Source of the DNA: Halodesulfurarchaeum sp.
GTDB lineage: Archaea > Halobacteriota > Halobacteria > Halobacteriales > Halobacteriaceae
Length of the DNA stretch: 64,000 nucleotides
Assembly: GCA_034520565.1 (NCBI GenBank)
Contig: JAXHNL010000002.1
Coordinates: 1,024,001 to 1,088,000, forward strand
Direction: 5' to 3'
The notes beneath the pieces were generated by a model, which was not told where the DNA came from, made no database searches, and was given only the letters and a program-made list of their open reading frames with translations. Below are positions 10,077 through 19,155 of this stretch, in pieces. The position numbers were made by a program, and so were the translations under genes. Each line of letters opens with the position of its first letter. Within the stretch, counting starts at the first letter, position 1.

Positions 10077-11645
10077 CTACCGATCCCGGATTCCGCTCAC
10101 GAAGAGCGCGAGTACTGGGACGATTTCGAGCCGGCCCACTACCATGAGGACGATCATGACAAGCTTGGACGTATCCTGGAAGAAGAGATAGCTCCCGAAG
10201 GGACCGAGCCGCCCGAATCCCGGACCGATGTTCCCGAGGGTCGCGAGCGAGGCGCTAACCGATTCGATCGCCGTCAACTCGGTTCCCCCGCGGGCGGCAT
10301 CCAGGCTGAAAAACACCGCCGAGACGCCGAAGAGCACGAGATACAGCATCGTGAACGTCATGATCCCGCGGATGGCGTCCTCGTCGACGACGCTCCCGGC
10401 CAACCGAACCGGCTCGACGACTTCCGGGTGAGCGGTCGTGTAGAGTTGGCGGCGGATCGTCTTCAGGACGACCAGCCAGCGGACCACTTTGATCCCGCCA
10501 CCGGTCGACCCGGCCGAACCCCCGACGAACATTGCAAAGAGGAGGAGTAGCTGGGCGGACTGGCTCCATTCGGCGAAGTTCGCGGTCGCGTATCCCGTCG
10601 AGTTGAGTAGCGACCCGATCTGGAAGGCTGCAGTGCGGATGGAGGGCTCTGCCAGTCCCTCGGTCGCGCCGCCGATTTCGAGGATCGGGGCTGCCCCACG
10701 GAACAGCACGACCGAGAGGACGGCGACGAACACCGCGATGAGACCGGTGTAGGCGCGGAACTCGGAGTTCCGGTAGAGCTGTTCGGCCTCGCCCTTGAGG
10801 ACGTGCCAGAACAGCGCGAAGTTCGTCCCGGCCACGACCATGAAGGGGATGATGACCCACTGAACGGCCGCCGAGAAGGCGGCGATACTGTTTGCCTCCG
10901 GGGAGAACCCGCCGGTCGGTAACGTCGTGAACCCGTGGGAGATGGCGTTGAAGAGGGTCATGTTCGGGGCGAAGCCGGCGAGGTGGAGTCCGAAGAGGAC
11001 TGCCACGAGCAGGACGGTAAAGCCGAAGTAGAGCAACCAGAGCGCCCGGGCCGTCTCGGCGATCTTCGGCGTCAGCTTCTGCAGGTCGGGGCCGGGGGCC
11101 TCGGATTGCATCAACTGGGCGCCGTTGACCGCGAGTTCCGGCAGAATGGCGATCATCAGCACGATGATGCCCATGCCGCCGAGCCACTGGATGAGTTGTC
11201 GCCAGAGCAACACCGCATGTGAATGTCGCTCCAGACTGATCTCGCCGAGGACGGTGGCCCCGGTCGTCGTGAATCCGCTCGTCGATTCGAACAGGGCGTT
11301 GACGATCGAACCGAACGCCGCCCCGGCCGATTCGAGTGAGAGCCCGATCGTCGACTCGGTGCCGATTCCCGCGAGTAGGAACGGGATCGCTCCGAAGACC
11401 GAGGCGGTGGTCCAGGCGAGTGAGACGAGCAGGAGCGCCTCGCGGGGCCCGAGGTCCGGATCGGGATCGAGCCGTTCGAGCGCGAATCCGGCCCCCGCGG
11501 TCACCGCGATGGCGACGACGAAGACCAACATATCTTCCCCGTAAACCACGGCGGCAAAGAGCGGGACAAGCATGGCGAGCGAGAGGAACTTCACCATCGT
11601 CCCGAGACTCGCGAGACTCGCCCGCCACTCGACGTTCCAGCTCAT
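10077..11645 (-). CDS. trkH: TrkH family potassium uptake protein
   Basis: FESTSGFTTTGAT, QWLGGMG, GGSAGSTGGGIK, LGNIGPG, GRLE. Confidence 0.95.
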   Translation of the reverse strand: MSWNVEWRASLASLGTMVKFLSLAMLVPLFAAVVYGEDMLVFVVAIAVTAGAGFALERLDPDPDLGPREALLLVSLAWTTASVFGAIPFLLAGIGTESTIGLSLESAGAAFGSIVNALFESTSGFTTTGATVLGEISLERHSHAVLLWRQLIQWLGGMGIIVLMIAILPELAVNGAQLMQSEAPGPDLQKLTPKIAETARALWLLYFGFTVLLVAVLFGLHLAGFAPNMTLFNAISHGFTTLPTGGFSPEANSIAAFSAAVQWVIIPFMVVAGTNFALFWHVLKGEAEQLYRNSEFRAYTGLIAVFVAVLSVVLFRGAAPILEIGGATEGLAEPSIRTAAFQIGSLLNSTGYATANFAEWSQSAQLLLLFAMFVGGSAGSTGGGIKVVRWLVVLKTIRRQLYTTAHPEVVEPVRLAGSVVDEDAIRGIMTFTMLYLVLFGVSAVFFSLDAARGGTELTAIESVSASLATLGNIGPGFGRLGPFGSYLFFQDTSKLVMIVLMVVGRLEIVPVLALFVSGIRDR

Positions 11646-11701
11646 TTCAGTTCATCACCCCCTCGTTCGTGTTCGGAATGGGCCCCGGCCGAATATGAAA
11701 A

Positions 11702-11747
11702 TCGTGCATCGTGGTCTTCCTGTTTCGTGCATCGTGCTCTCCCTGTT
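11702..11747. repeat. 23-bp tandem direct repeat between trkA and trkH
   Basis: TCGTGCATCGTGGTCTTCCTGTT followed by TCGTGCATCGTGCTCTCCCTGTT (21/23 identical). Confidence 0.7.
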
Positions 11748-13081
11748 CAGAATTTCGGGGCGACCTCGTCGAGGACGGTTCCATCGACGAACACGACCAC
11801 GTGATCGCCCGGCTGGAACACCGTTTCCCCCCGGGGCGTGACGAGTTCGCCGTCCCTGGAAATCGCGCCGATTACGACTCCGTCGGGAAGGGAATCGATG
11901 ACGTCGACGAGTCGCTTTCCGGCAACGACACTGTCCTCCTCGAGTTCGACCTCCAGTACCTCAGCCCGGTCGTGTTGAAGTATCACCACCTTCTCGGTGT
12001 GCCCCTCGCGGGTGAACCTGACGATCTCCTCGGCGGTTTCCATCCGCGGGTCGACGGCGATGTTCACCCCGACAGCCTCGAAGAGGTCGGCGTATTCGGC
12101 CGTTTCAACGATCGCGACCGTCCGTTTGGCCCCGAGTTTCCGGGCCAGAAGCGAGACGAGCAGGTTCTTTTCGTCGCTTTCCAGACACACGACGACCACG
12201 TCGGCGTCCCCGACGTTCTCTCGAGCGAGAAAGCCTGTATCCGTGGCGTCGCTCTCCATCACCGTCGTCTTCGAGAGTTCCTCTGCGAGGTATCGAGCAC
12301 GTTCGGGATCCTGTTCGATGAGCCGGGGATGATACCCGTGTTCCTCGAACACCCGGGCGGTCTGGTGACCGGCCTTGCTCCCGCCGATGATGACGATGTC
12401 CTCGATATTTTCGTCGGGTTCGGCTGCTGTTTCGGTGGCGAAGGATCGAACCGATCCCTTGCTTCCGATGACCACGACATTGTCGCCTGCCTCGATCGTG
12501 GTTTCGCCCGTGGCGACTTTCAGCTCACCGTCCCGGAAGATCCCGGCAACGGTCATCGAGTCGTACTGGTCGGCCTCGGAGACCGTCTTGCCCACGACGG
12601 GGCTCTCCGGACCGATTTTCAGTTCCACCATCCGGACGAGGTCGTTCGAAAACGAATCGACGTCGTGCGCGTGGGGAACTTCCGAGATCCGGAAGATCGC
12701 CTCGGCGGTGACCAGGTCGGTACAGACCATGAAGTCGACGCCGAAGGCCCCGTGGGCTTCTTCCCAGGTGCTTAACAGACTCCGCCGCTTGATCCGGGCG
12801 ATGGTGAACGCGTCGCTGATCGTCTTGGCCGTGCCGCTGATGACGATGTTCGTCTCGTCGCTGTCGGTGGCCGCGATTACCATGTCTGCCCGCCCGATTT
12901 CGGCTTCCCTGAGCACGTCCATCTCGGTCCCGTCTCCCTGAATTGCGAGGACGTCGAGCGAATAGGTCAGATCATCGACGACCTCCGGGTCCTGCTCGAT
13001 GACGATCACGTCGTGGTTCGGTGCGAGATTTGCAGCGATCGAGGAACCCACCTCCCCTGCCCCGACAATGAGGATGCGCAT
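11747..13081 (-). CDS. trkA: Trk system potassium transporter TrkA
   Basis: Two RCK-N/RCK-C pairs; MRILIVGAGEVG and IVIIGGSKAG. Confidence 0.95.
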   Translation of the reverse strand: MRILIVGAGEVGSSIAANLAPNHDVIVIEQDPEVVDDLTYSLDVLAIQGDGTEMDVLREAEIGRADMVIAATDSDETNIVISGTAKTISDAFTIARIKRRSLLSTWEEAHGAFGVDFMVCTDLVTAEAIFRISEVPHAHDVDSFSNDLVRMVELKIGPESPVVGKTVSEADQYDSMTVAGIFRDGELKVATGETTIEAGDNVVVIGSKGSVRSFATETAAEPDENIEDIVIIGGSKAGHQTARVFEEHGYHPRLIEQDPERARYLAEELSKTTVMESDATDTGFLARENVGDADVVVVCLESDEKNLLVSLLARKLGAKRTVAIVETAEYADLFEAVGVNIAVDPRMETAEEIVRFTREGHTEKVVILQHDRAEVLEVELEEDSVVAGKRLVDVIDSLPDGVVIGAISRDGELVTPRGETVFQPGDHVVVFVDGTVLDEVAPKF

Positions 13082-13309
13082 CAGGAATCCCTCCGGTCCG
13101 TCATCGATGCGGGATTGGCTGCCCCGGCTATAAAAACCCACGCACACGGGTTTCGGGCCGGTGGCACTTCCACATCGAATGGATCCGGGAGGGCGAGATT
13201 CCGTCTCGCGCGCTCGTTTGGGTGGGCTGATTTGGGTTGCCGCAGGTGGCTCGACGAGGGCTCGGGTCCGTTTTCTGAACAACCGTAACCGCGAGAATAA
13301 CCGATTCCG

Positions 13310-13681
13310 TTAGTGTTCGATCGGGATTTCACTGCCCGTGACCGTCGCGCCCGTCACCTGTGGGAGCCGGACTTCGAGAATGCCTTTGGTGTATGAGGCC
13401 GAGATTTCCTTCTCGGTAACCGCCTTCGGGAAGCAGAACCGACGATGGAAGGTCTTGCGCTTCCCGCGAGTATCGTCCTCGTGCTCGGCGGCGATGTTGA
13501 GCACGCCCTTGTCCCAGGTAACCGTCATTTCTTCCGGATCGAACCCGGGGAGTTCGAGACTGAGGACGAACTCTCCGTCTTCCTCGTACAGTTCGCAGTC
13601 CCTGTTCCCGGTTTCGAACAGTCGACTCGGCAAGTCGAGGCCACTCATCTATGAACTAGCTGGTGTGGTTGGCAGCGGCAT
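13310..13681 (-). pseudogene. Hsp20/alpha-crystallin family protein with an in-frame TAG at codon 11 (restart possible at ATG 13648)
   Basis: ELPGFDPEE...ASYTKGILEVRLP; N-terminus reads MPLPTTPASS*MSGLDLPSRLFE with TAG at 13649-13651. Confidence 0.7.
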
Positions 13682-13761
13682 GGCTTGTCACCTCGAATTC
13701 AGATACTTCTATGTTTGCACTTCGTACTAAAATTTTCTATCAAATACGAAGCCCACTCCCT

Positions 13762-14037
13762 TCACCGAGTATTTCGGATCAGCCCGCGTCCACCCCCGCG
13801 ATCGGAATCGGCCGACCGGGGAAGTTCCGCGATACAGGAGCGACAGAACCGGTATCCGCTCGTGTTTCGCGTGCCACATTCTGGGCAGTTGATCTGGGCC
13901 TCCTCGCCGGGTCCGGATCCGGGCTTCGGTGTCGGCGACGACCGGGAAAGCCGCTTGCGAGCGAACTGGTAGAGAAAGAGCGCGTACAGGCCCGCAATGC
14001 CGAGGAAAAAACCGATTTCCCAGGGTGATTCGAACAT
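13762..14037 (-). CDS. Membrane-anchored zinc-ribbon protein
   Basis: N-terminal TM helix followed by CPECG..N...YRFCRSC. Confidence 0.75.
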   Translation of the reverse strand: MFESPWEIGFFLGIAGLYALFLYQFARKRLSRSSPTPKPGSGPGEEAQINCPECGTRNTSGYRFCRSCIAELPRSADSDRGGGRGLIRNTR

Positions 14038-14128
14038 CGTTCCCAACCGAATGGGAGGGGACCGTTTCGTGTAAACGTGTTGGGGCCTCCCCTCGACCGC
14101 GCGAGGACTGGGCCCCACTCGACGCTCG

Positions 14129-16033
14129 CTACTCCGTCCGGATCTCGAAGCGGGCGCCTCCGGACTTGCTTTCCGTGAGCGTAATCGACCATCCGTGGGC
14201 CTCCAGGATCTCCGCGACGATCTCGAGGCCCAACCCGGTCCCCTCTCGGGTCGTCGAGTAGCCCGATTCGAACACCCGCTCCCGCTGGTCTTCCGGGATT
14301 CCCGGCCCGTCGTCCGCCACGAAGAACCCCCCGTCCGTGTCCCCGACCGTGACGGTGACCGACGGGCCGGCATGCTCGACGGCGTTCCAGAAGAGGTTCT
14401 CGAACACGCGCCGCAGCCGAGACCGGTCTGCGAGTACTGTCCGGTTCGTTTCGATTTCGAGGCCCGCGTCGCCCGAGTCGACGGCGTGCCAGGCGGTTCC
14501 GGCGAGGTCGGCAAGGTCGACCGTTTCTTTCTCCGTCTGGGCCACCGTCTTTCCTCCACGGGTGAGCGTCAGAACGTCGTCGATGATCGCGTCCATTCGG
14601 CCGATAGCCCGTTCGATTTCCTCGACGTGTGGACTGGGGGATTCGGCCTTGAGAAGGTCGAGGCGCCCACTTGCCACCGTAAGTGGGGACCGGAGGTCGT
14701 GAGAGACGATGCTGGCAAATCGCTCGAGTCGCTCGTTTTCCCGCTCGAGTTCCCGTTCGCGTGCCTTCTGCTCGCTGAGATCGACGTACACGACCAGCAT
14801 TTCCGGCTCGCCGTCCGTCTCGAGGACGGCCGAGCGGAGCCGAAAGGTCCGTTCGCCGTCAGCGGCCAGCCTCGTGACTTCCCGCTCGACCATGTCGGTG
14901 GTCTCTGCAGCGCGATCGAGGTCGCGGGCCCGCTCCAGTCGGTCCTCGGGAACAAGGAGTTCGTTGACCGACCGCCCCTCGATTTCGGTCGATTCGTATC
15001 CGAACGTGTCCTCGAACGCCGAGTTGACGTCGACGACGATCGGTTCCCCCTCCTCGTACCGGATGTGGACGACTGGCTCCGGGACTGCTTCGAAGATCGC
15101 CTCCAGTCGGTTTCGTTCACGGCTCAGCGACCCCGTCCGTCGTTCGAGCGCCTCGACGTGTTCGAGGCGGTCGAGGGCGTTCCGCCCGTGGGAAACCAAT
15201 AATTCGACCAGGTCACGGTCCGTCTCGGAGAAGGCCCCCGGCTCCCGGTCGACGGCCTGAAAGACGCCATACTCGCCGATTGGGACGCTGAGAACGGAGC
15301 GGAATTCGTGTCCGACTTGCCCCGAATCGTCGTCCTCTAGATCCCGGATCAACGACGGTTTGCCTTCACGATAGGTTCGCGTGCCGATCATGTCCCCCTC
15401 GATCGGTACGCGATCGAAGTATTCCTCGACTTTTGCACCCTCCGAGACGGCTTTGGGAACGAGGTACCCGTCTTCTGCTGCGTCGGCGATTGCGGTGTCG
15501 AATTCCAGGATGTCTGCTGCGGCCGCCACGAGCTGCTCGTACACGGCTTCTTCGTTTTCGGCCTGCTGGATCTCCATTGCGACGTCCAGAAGCGCCTCGA
15601 TTTTCGCCGTCTGGGCCAGGAGCTGATCGTCCCGATCGTGATCTTCCTGAACCGGGAAGAACTGGCAGTGTGCCTGTTGGATCTCCCCCCGGTTTCCGTA
15701 CTCGACTGTCGCTTCAAAATCGACTGGCACCTCGTGTCCGGCAGCGTGGATCAACTGGAATTTCGCGTCCGAAATCCGCCCCCTCGAGAGCAATGTCTGA
15801 AATCGAGCCTGGAAGCTCTCTTCGGACTGCGGGCTGAGAAATGTCTCGAAACCGGCACCCTCGACGGTCGAACGCTCGTAGCCGAGCGCGTCGAGCCACG
15901 CCTGATTCACCCGAAGAATCGTTCCGGACGTGTCGAGTGACTGGTAGGGAATCGGGATCCAATCGACCGTTTCACCCGCCGCTCCCGAGGACGCCGTTCC
16001 CGGAGATCCGTTCTTTCCCCCTTCCTCATCCAT
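14129..16033 (-). CDS. PAS-GAF-PAS sensor histidine kinase
   Basis: H-box SHDLRSPL, N-box ENLFWNA, DDGPGIP, GTGLGL. Confidence 0.92.
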   Translation of the reverse strand: MDEEGGKNGSPGTASSGAAGETVDWIPIPYQSLDTSGTILRVNQAWLDALGYERSTVEGAGFETFLSPQSEESFQARFQTLLSRGRISDAKFQLIHAAGHEVPVDFEATVEYGNRGEIQQAHCQFFPVQEDHDRDDQLLAQTAKIEALLDVAMEIQQAENEEAVYEQLVAAAADILEFDTAIADAAEDGYLVPKAVSEGAKVEEYFDRVPIEGDMIGTRTYREGKPSLIRDLEDDDSGQVGHEFRSVLSVPIGEYGVFQAVDREPGAFSETDRDLVELLVSHGRNALDRLEHVEALERRTGSLSRERNRLEAIFEAVPEPVVHIRYEEGEPIVVDVNSAFEDTFGYESTEIEGRSVNELLVPEDRLERARDLDRAAETTDMVEREVTRLAADGERTFRLRSAVLETDGEPEMLVVYVDLSEQKARERELERENERLERFASIVSHDLRSPLTVASGRLDLLKAESPSPHVEEIERAIGRMDAIIDDVLTLTRGGKTVAQTEKETVDLADLAGTAWHAVDSGDAGLEIETNRTVLADRSRLRRVFENLFWNAVEHAGPSVTVTVGDTDGGFFVADDGPGIPEDQRERVFESGYSTTREGTGLGLEIVAEILEAHGWSITLTESKSGGARFEIRTE

Positions 16034-16183
16034 CGCTCGTGATCAACACGCGGTAATTTGCTTGCCGGGTAATGAAACCCCGCGTTTACCATTCCCACTT
16101 CTCCGGGACGTTTCTGACTGTCGCGGATTGGTTTTGCGGCTGGAAACGGGAGATACATCAGCGACCGGGCGAATCACACGACA

Positions 16184-16429
16184 ATGACAACACCTCGCTC
16201 GCAACTTTTCGGCAAAACAGTCACGCTCCTGCTCATGGCCATCGGCACGGTGGCATTCACGGTACTCGGCCTGCTCGGCGAACAGGCGGGTATTTCGAAC
16301 GTCGTCGCCGGTGATCTCGCGCTGGGGGCCTGGGAGCTGTTTATCGGCTCATGGGCGCTGTTCGTGGGCGTGTACTTGCTCGGTTTCAGACAGCTCGTCC
16401 CGCGCGTCGTCGGCATCGTCGCGGACTGA
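16184..16429 (+). CDS. Small two-TM membrane protein
   Basis: 81-aa hydrophobic ORF. Confidence 0.7.
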   Translation: MTTPRSQLFGKTVTLLLMAIGTVAFTVLGLLGEQAGISNVVAGDLALGAWELFIGSWALFVGVYLLGFRQLVPRVVGIVAD

Positions 16430-16510
16430 CCGGGGGCTTCTTTCGGTCTCGGGACGGTTATTGTCAACTGCCCCCAAACTTTCATTATCCAATCCTCGGT
16501 ACATATCGGC

Positions 16511-17908
16511 ATGGTGGGAAAACTGGGTCGAACGGTTGCCGTGGTCGCCTTGGTCGTTCTCCTCGTCATTTCGCTTGGGGCGGCCAACCTCGTTATCGGC
16601 GTCGAACGAACCGCCCTGAACGGGGACTTCGTCGCTGATAGCCTGGCTGAGGAAGACGCGTACGCGGTCTTCCTCGAGGAGGCCCAGTCACAACTCGAAA
16701 ACGAAAACGAGACGACGGGGGAGGGGCCGTCGCCCGACGAACTTCTCTCGACGGTGGTGACCGAGCAGTACCTGCAAAATCAGACCGAGGCGAACATCGA
16801 CCGGGCGTATGCATACCTCCATGGCGATCGCGAGGACCTCTATCTGGCGGTCAACACGACGCCGCTGAAGGACGATCTCGCGGCCGAGCTCGCCGCTCAA
16901 CTTATGGCCGAGCAGGGGATCGCCGAATACGACCCCCGACTCGCCTCGATGACCGAAAGTGAGTCAAAGTTCCAGGCCGTCCGGGAGGAGTTCAAAGCCG
17001 AGCAGAAGGAGCGAATTCAGGAGGAGACGACGGTCGAACTCACCGACGAGCAACTCGAGACGGCCTACGACGACCGTCGCGATCAGATCCGCGAAGAAAC
17101 GATCGCCGAATTCGAGACGCAGGTCGAGGAGTCCGAGCAGCCTGCGGAACTCGAGTCGGCGATCGTGGACCTCGGGACGGTCTACATCGAAGCACTCGTT
17201 GCCGAGGACCCGAGTTACGAGCAGTTCATGACCGACGTCGAGGATGCACGGGCGGACCTCGAGGTGGCCGTGGAGCAATTCGCCCGCCAGCAACTCGACG
17301 AGGAACTTCCGGACACGATGGAACTGACCGAGCAACTGTCCCAGGAGGACCGACAGCAGCTCGACCAGCTTCGCGGGCTGGTCTCGCTACTCGACATTCT
17401 GGTCTTGGTCCTCCCGCTGGTGGCTCTCGGGGCGGCGCTGCTCCTCGGTTGGGTGACCGTGGCTCGATCCTCGGGACTGTTGATCGCCGGTGCAGTCATC
17501 ACTGTCACGGGGCTGATCGAGGCGCTCGGGTTCATGGGACTCGGTGGCCGAGCCGAGAGTGAGATCGCCGCGATTGCCTCCCAGGGTGACATGTCCGCCG
17601 GCATCTCGGAGCTGGCGATCGGGGTGGTCAATCGAGTCATTTCGGTCTTCGTCACCCAGTCGTGGGTGCTGGTCGTACTCGGGCTTGTCCTCGTCGCACT
17701 CGGAATTGCGATCCGACGGGGACTCGTCGATATCGACGATCATCCCGACGGGGACGCCGGTTTCGATCGCTCGGGGTCTGAATCCGATGGCGGGAGTGCC
17801 GATCAACCCACAGCGGACCGATCCTCTGTAGACGTGTCAGGCGAGAGCGAGGACCTCGAACGGGCGGATCCAGTCGGTGACGTGGATCGAACCGAGGACG
17901 AAACCTAA
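16511..17908 (+). CDS. Membrane protein with a large acidic helical extracytoplasmic domain
   Basis: N-terminal TM, about 270-aa acidic region, three C-terminal TMs, acidic tail. Confidence 0.8.
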   Translation: MVGKLGRTVAVVALVVLLVISLGAANLVIGVERTALNGDFVADSLAEEDAYAVFLEEAQSQLENENETTGEGPSPDELLSTVVTEQYLQNQTEANIDRAYAYLHGDREDLYLAVNTTPLKDDLAAELAAQLMAEQGIAEYDPRLASMTESESKFQAVREEFKAEQKERIQEETTVELTDEQLETAYDDRRDQIREETIAEFETQVEESEQPAELESAIVDLGTVYIEALVAEDPSYEQFMTDVEDARADLEVAVEQFARQQLDEELPDTMELTEQLSQEDRQQLDQLRGLVSLLDILVLVLPLVALGAALLLGWVTVARSSGLLIAGAVITVTGLIEALGFMGLGGRAESEIAAIASQGDMSAGISELAIGVVNRVISVFVTQSWVLVVLGLVLVALGIAIRRGLVDIDDHPDGDAGFDRSGSESDGGSADQPTADRSSVDVSGESEDLERADPVGDVDRTEDET

Positions 17909-18016
17909 CGGGCCGAGGAGATTTATCGGTTCCTGGTGACGAACTTCCACCTGTGCTGAAACGTTTCAAACGACCGGCAGCGCCGAGATCGGTCCCTTTT
18001 CGCCTTGCGGTAGAAA

Positions 18017-18448
18017 TCAGGCGTTTTCGGGGGCGTCATCCCCGTTGTATACCACGAGATAGTAGGTCGCCGGCTCGAGATCGAGCCCGACTTCCTCGAC
18101 GTACTCAACGTCGAGGTCGATCGAGTCCGGGACCGCTTCGAAGGACTTCTCCGCCTCGAAGGCGTCGAGATTCTCCTGATCGAGGACGAACACGTTGACG
18201 TTCGACCCCTCGAGTACCTCGACGGTGTACTCGATCGTCGTGGGTTCGACGATCTCGAAGCCGTCCCCATAGTAACTCCCCGGGTCCAGCTCCTGGGTTT
18301 CCTCGTCGGTCAATGGTTCGGTACTACCCACCTCTGCCAGGCTCACTTGAACTGTCGCGGGTTCCCTACCACCGGCACAGCCGGCAAGGGCTGCAAGCGT
18401 GCTTCCCCCCACGGCCCCGATAAACACCCGTCTCGTCAGGCGATTCAT
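18017..18448 (-). CDS. Tat-exported lipoprotein
   Basis: MNRLTRRVFIG twin-arginine motif and LAGC lipobox. Confidence 0.8.
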   Translation of the reverse strand: MNRLTRRVFIGAVGGSTLAALAGCAGGREPATVQVSLAEVGSTEPLTDEETQELDPGSYYGDGFEIVEPTTIEYTVEVLEGSNVNVFVLDQENLDAFEAEKSFEAVPDSIDLDVEYVEEVGLDLEPATYYLVVYNGDDAPENA

Positions 18449-18491
18449 GTGGAAAACTCCGGAGAGACACGCCAAATAGGTTACCATTATG

Positions 18492-18527
18492 GCCCCACCT
18501 GGCGGATTCGAACGTGGCAGGTGGGGC
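18492..18527. repeat. Hairpin enclosing a degenerate tRNA T-arm copy
   Basis: GCCCCACCTG...CAGGTGGGGC stem with GCGGATTCGAAC in the loop. Confidence 0.6.
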
Positions 18528-18540
18528 GGAAACCGATCTG

Positions 18541-18659
18541 GCGATCACCGAGCGCTCTGCACTCTGGCCGAGACACCCCGGAAGGGGGTGAGGAGGATTT
18601 TGGTCCAGATTTTGCCAGTGGAGCGAGCGTGAGCGAGCGGAACGCAGCAAACGGTGAAA
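18541..18659 (-). repeat. Palindromic short repeat element, homologous to 53135-53305
   Basis: Shared blocks ACCGTTTGCTGCG, GCAAAA, CCAAAA, CCTCACCCCCTTC, CTCGGCC, GCAGAGCGCTCGGTGA. Confidence 0.75.
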
Positions 18660-18944
18660 GGGTCGGGGCGGATTCGAACCGAAATCACTTCGCTGGCAAG
18701 CTCGCTCGTGATAGGGCTCGAATCCGCTGACCAATATACGAACGCGATCTCATGGCAGCGACACAGCGAGCTGGTCGCTGCGAAGTGAGAGTCGCCGAAT
18801 ATGGGTCGGGGCGGATTCGAACTGCTGTCACTCCGCTCCCGGTGGTCGCTCCGTTCCAACGTTCGAATCCGCCGACAAATTCACGACCGCAATCAAACGT
18901 CTCGCGACACCTACGGGTCGCTCGACGGTTTGAGTTATCGAGAA
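18660..18944 (-). repeat. Two tandem 143-bp tRNA-Val-linked cassettes, each ending in a copy of the tRNA 3' end
   Basis: GGGTCGGGGCGGATTCGAAC on the + strand starts at 18660, 18803 and 18946 (the tRNA itself), a period of exactly 143. Confidence 0.9.
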
Positions 18945-19019
18945 TGGGTCGGGGCGGATTCGAACCGCCGGTCTCCTCCATGTCAAGGAGGTGTCATAGC
19001 CAGACTAGACCACCGACCC
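18945..19019 (-). tRNA. tRNA-Val(GAC)
   Basis: GGGTCGG acceptor stem, anticodon arm CCTCC-TTGACAT-GGAGG, T-arm GGCGG-TTCGAAT-CCGCC. Confidence 0.96.
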
Positions 19020-19092
19020 TGGCGCTTGCACCCGACCGTATCCGGTCGGAACAGTTGAAGGTTTCGAAACCACCGACCGGTGGGTGGAATTG

Positions 19093-19146
19093 CGAAAGTG
19101 TTAAGTGATGTACAAACATGTTCATCTAATACCGAAATAGTACATT
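19093..19146 (+). promoter_or_regulatory. trp operon promoter with a TRP-box-like palindrome
   Basis: BRE/TATA-like GAAAGTGTTAAG followed by GATGTACA-AACA-TGTTCATC (19107-19126) and a further AGTACA. Confidence 0.55.
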
Positions 19147-19155
19147 GCGTTGCCC

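Noticed and set aside
18660-19019. CRISPR array interpretation of the regularly spaced repeats
   Set aside because: The repeat is the tRNA 3' end, the inserts are ~123 bp and homologous to each other, and no cas genes are present
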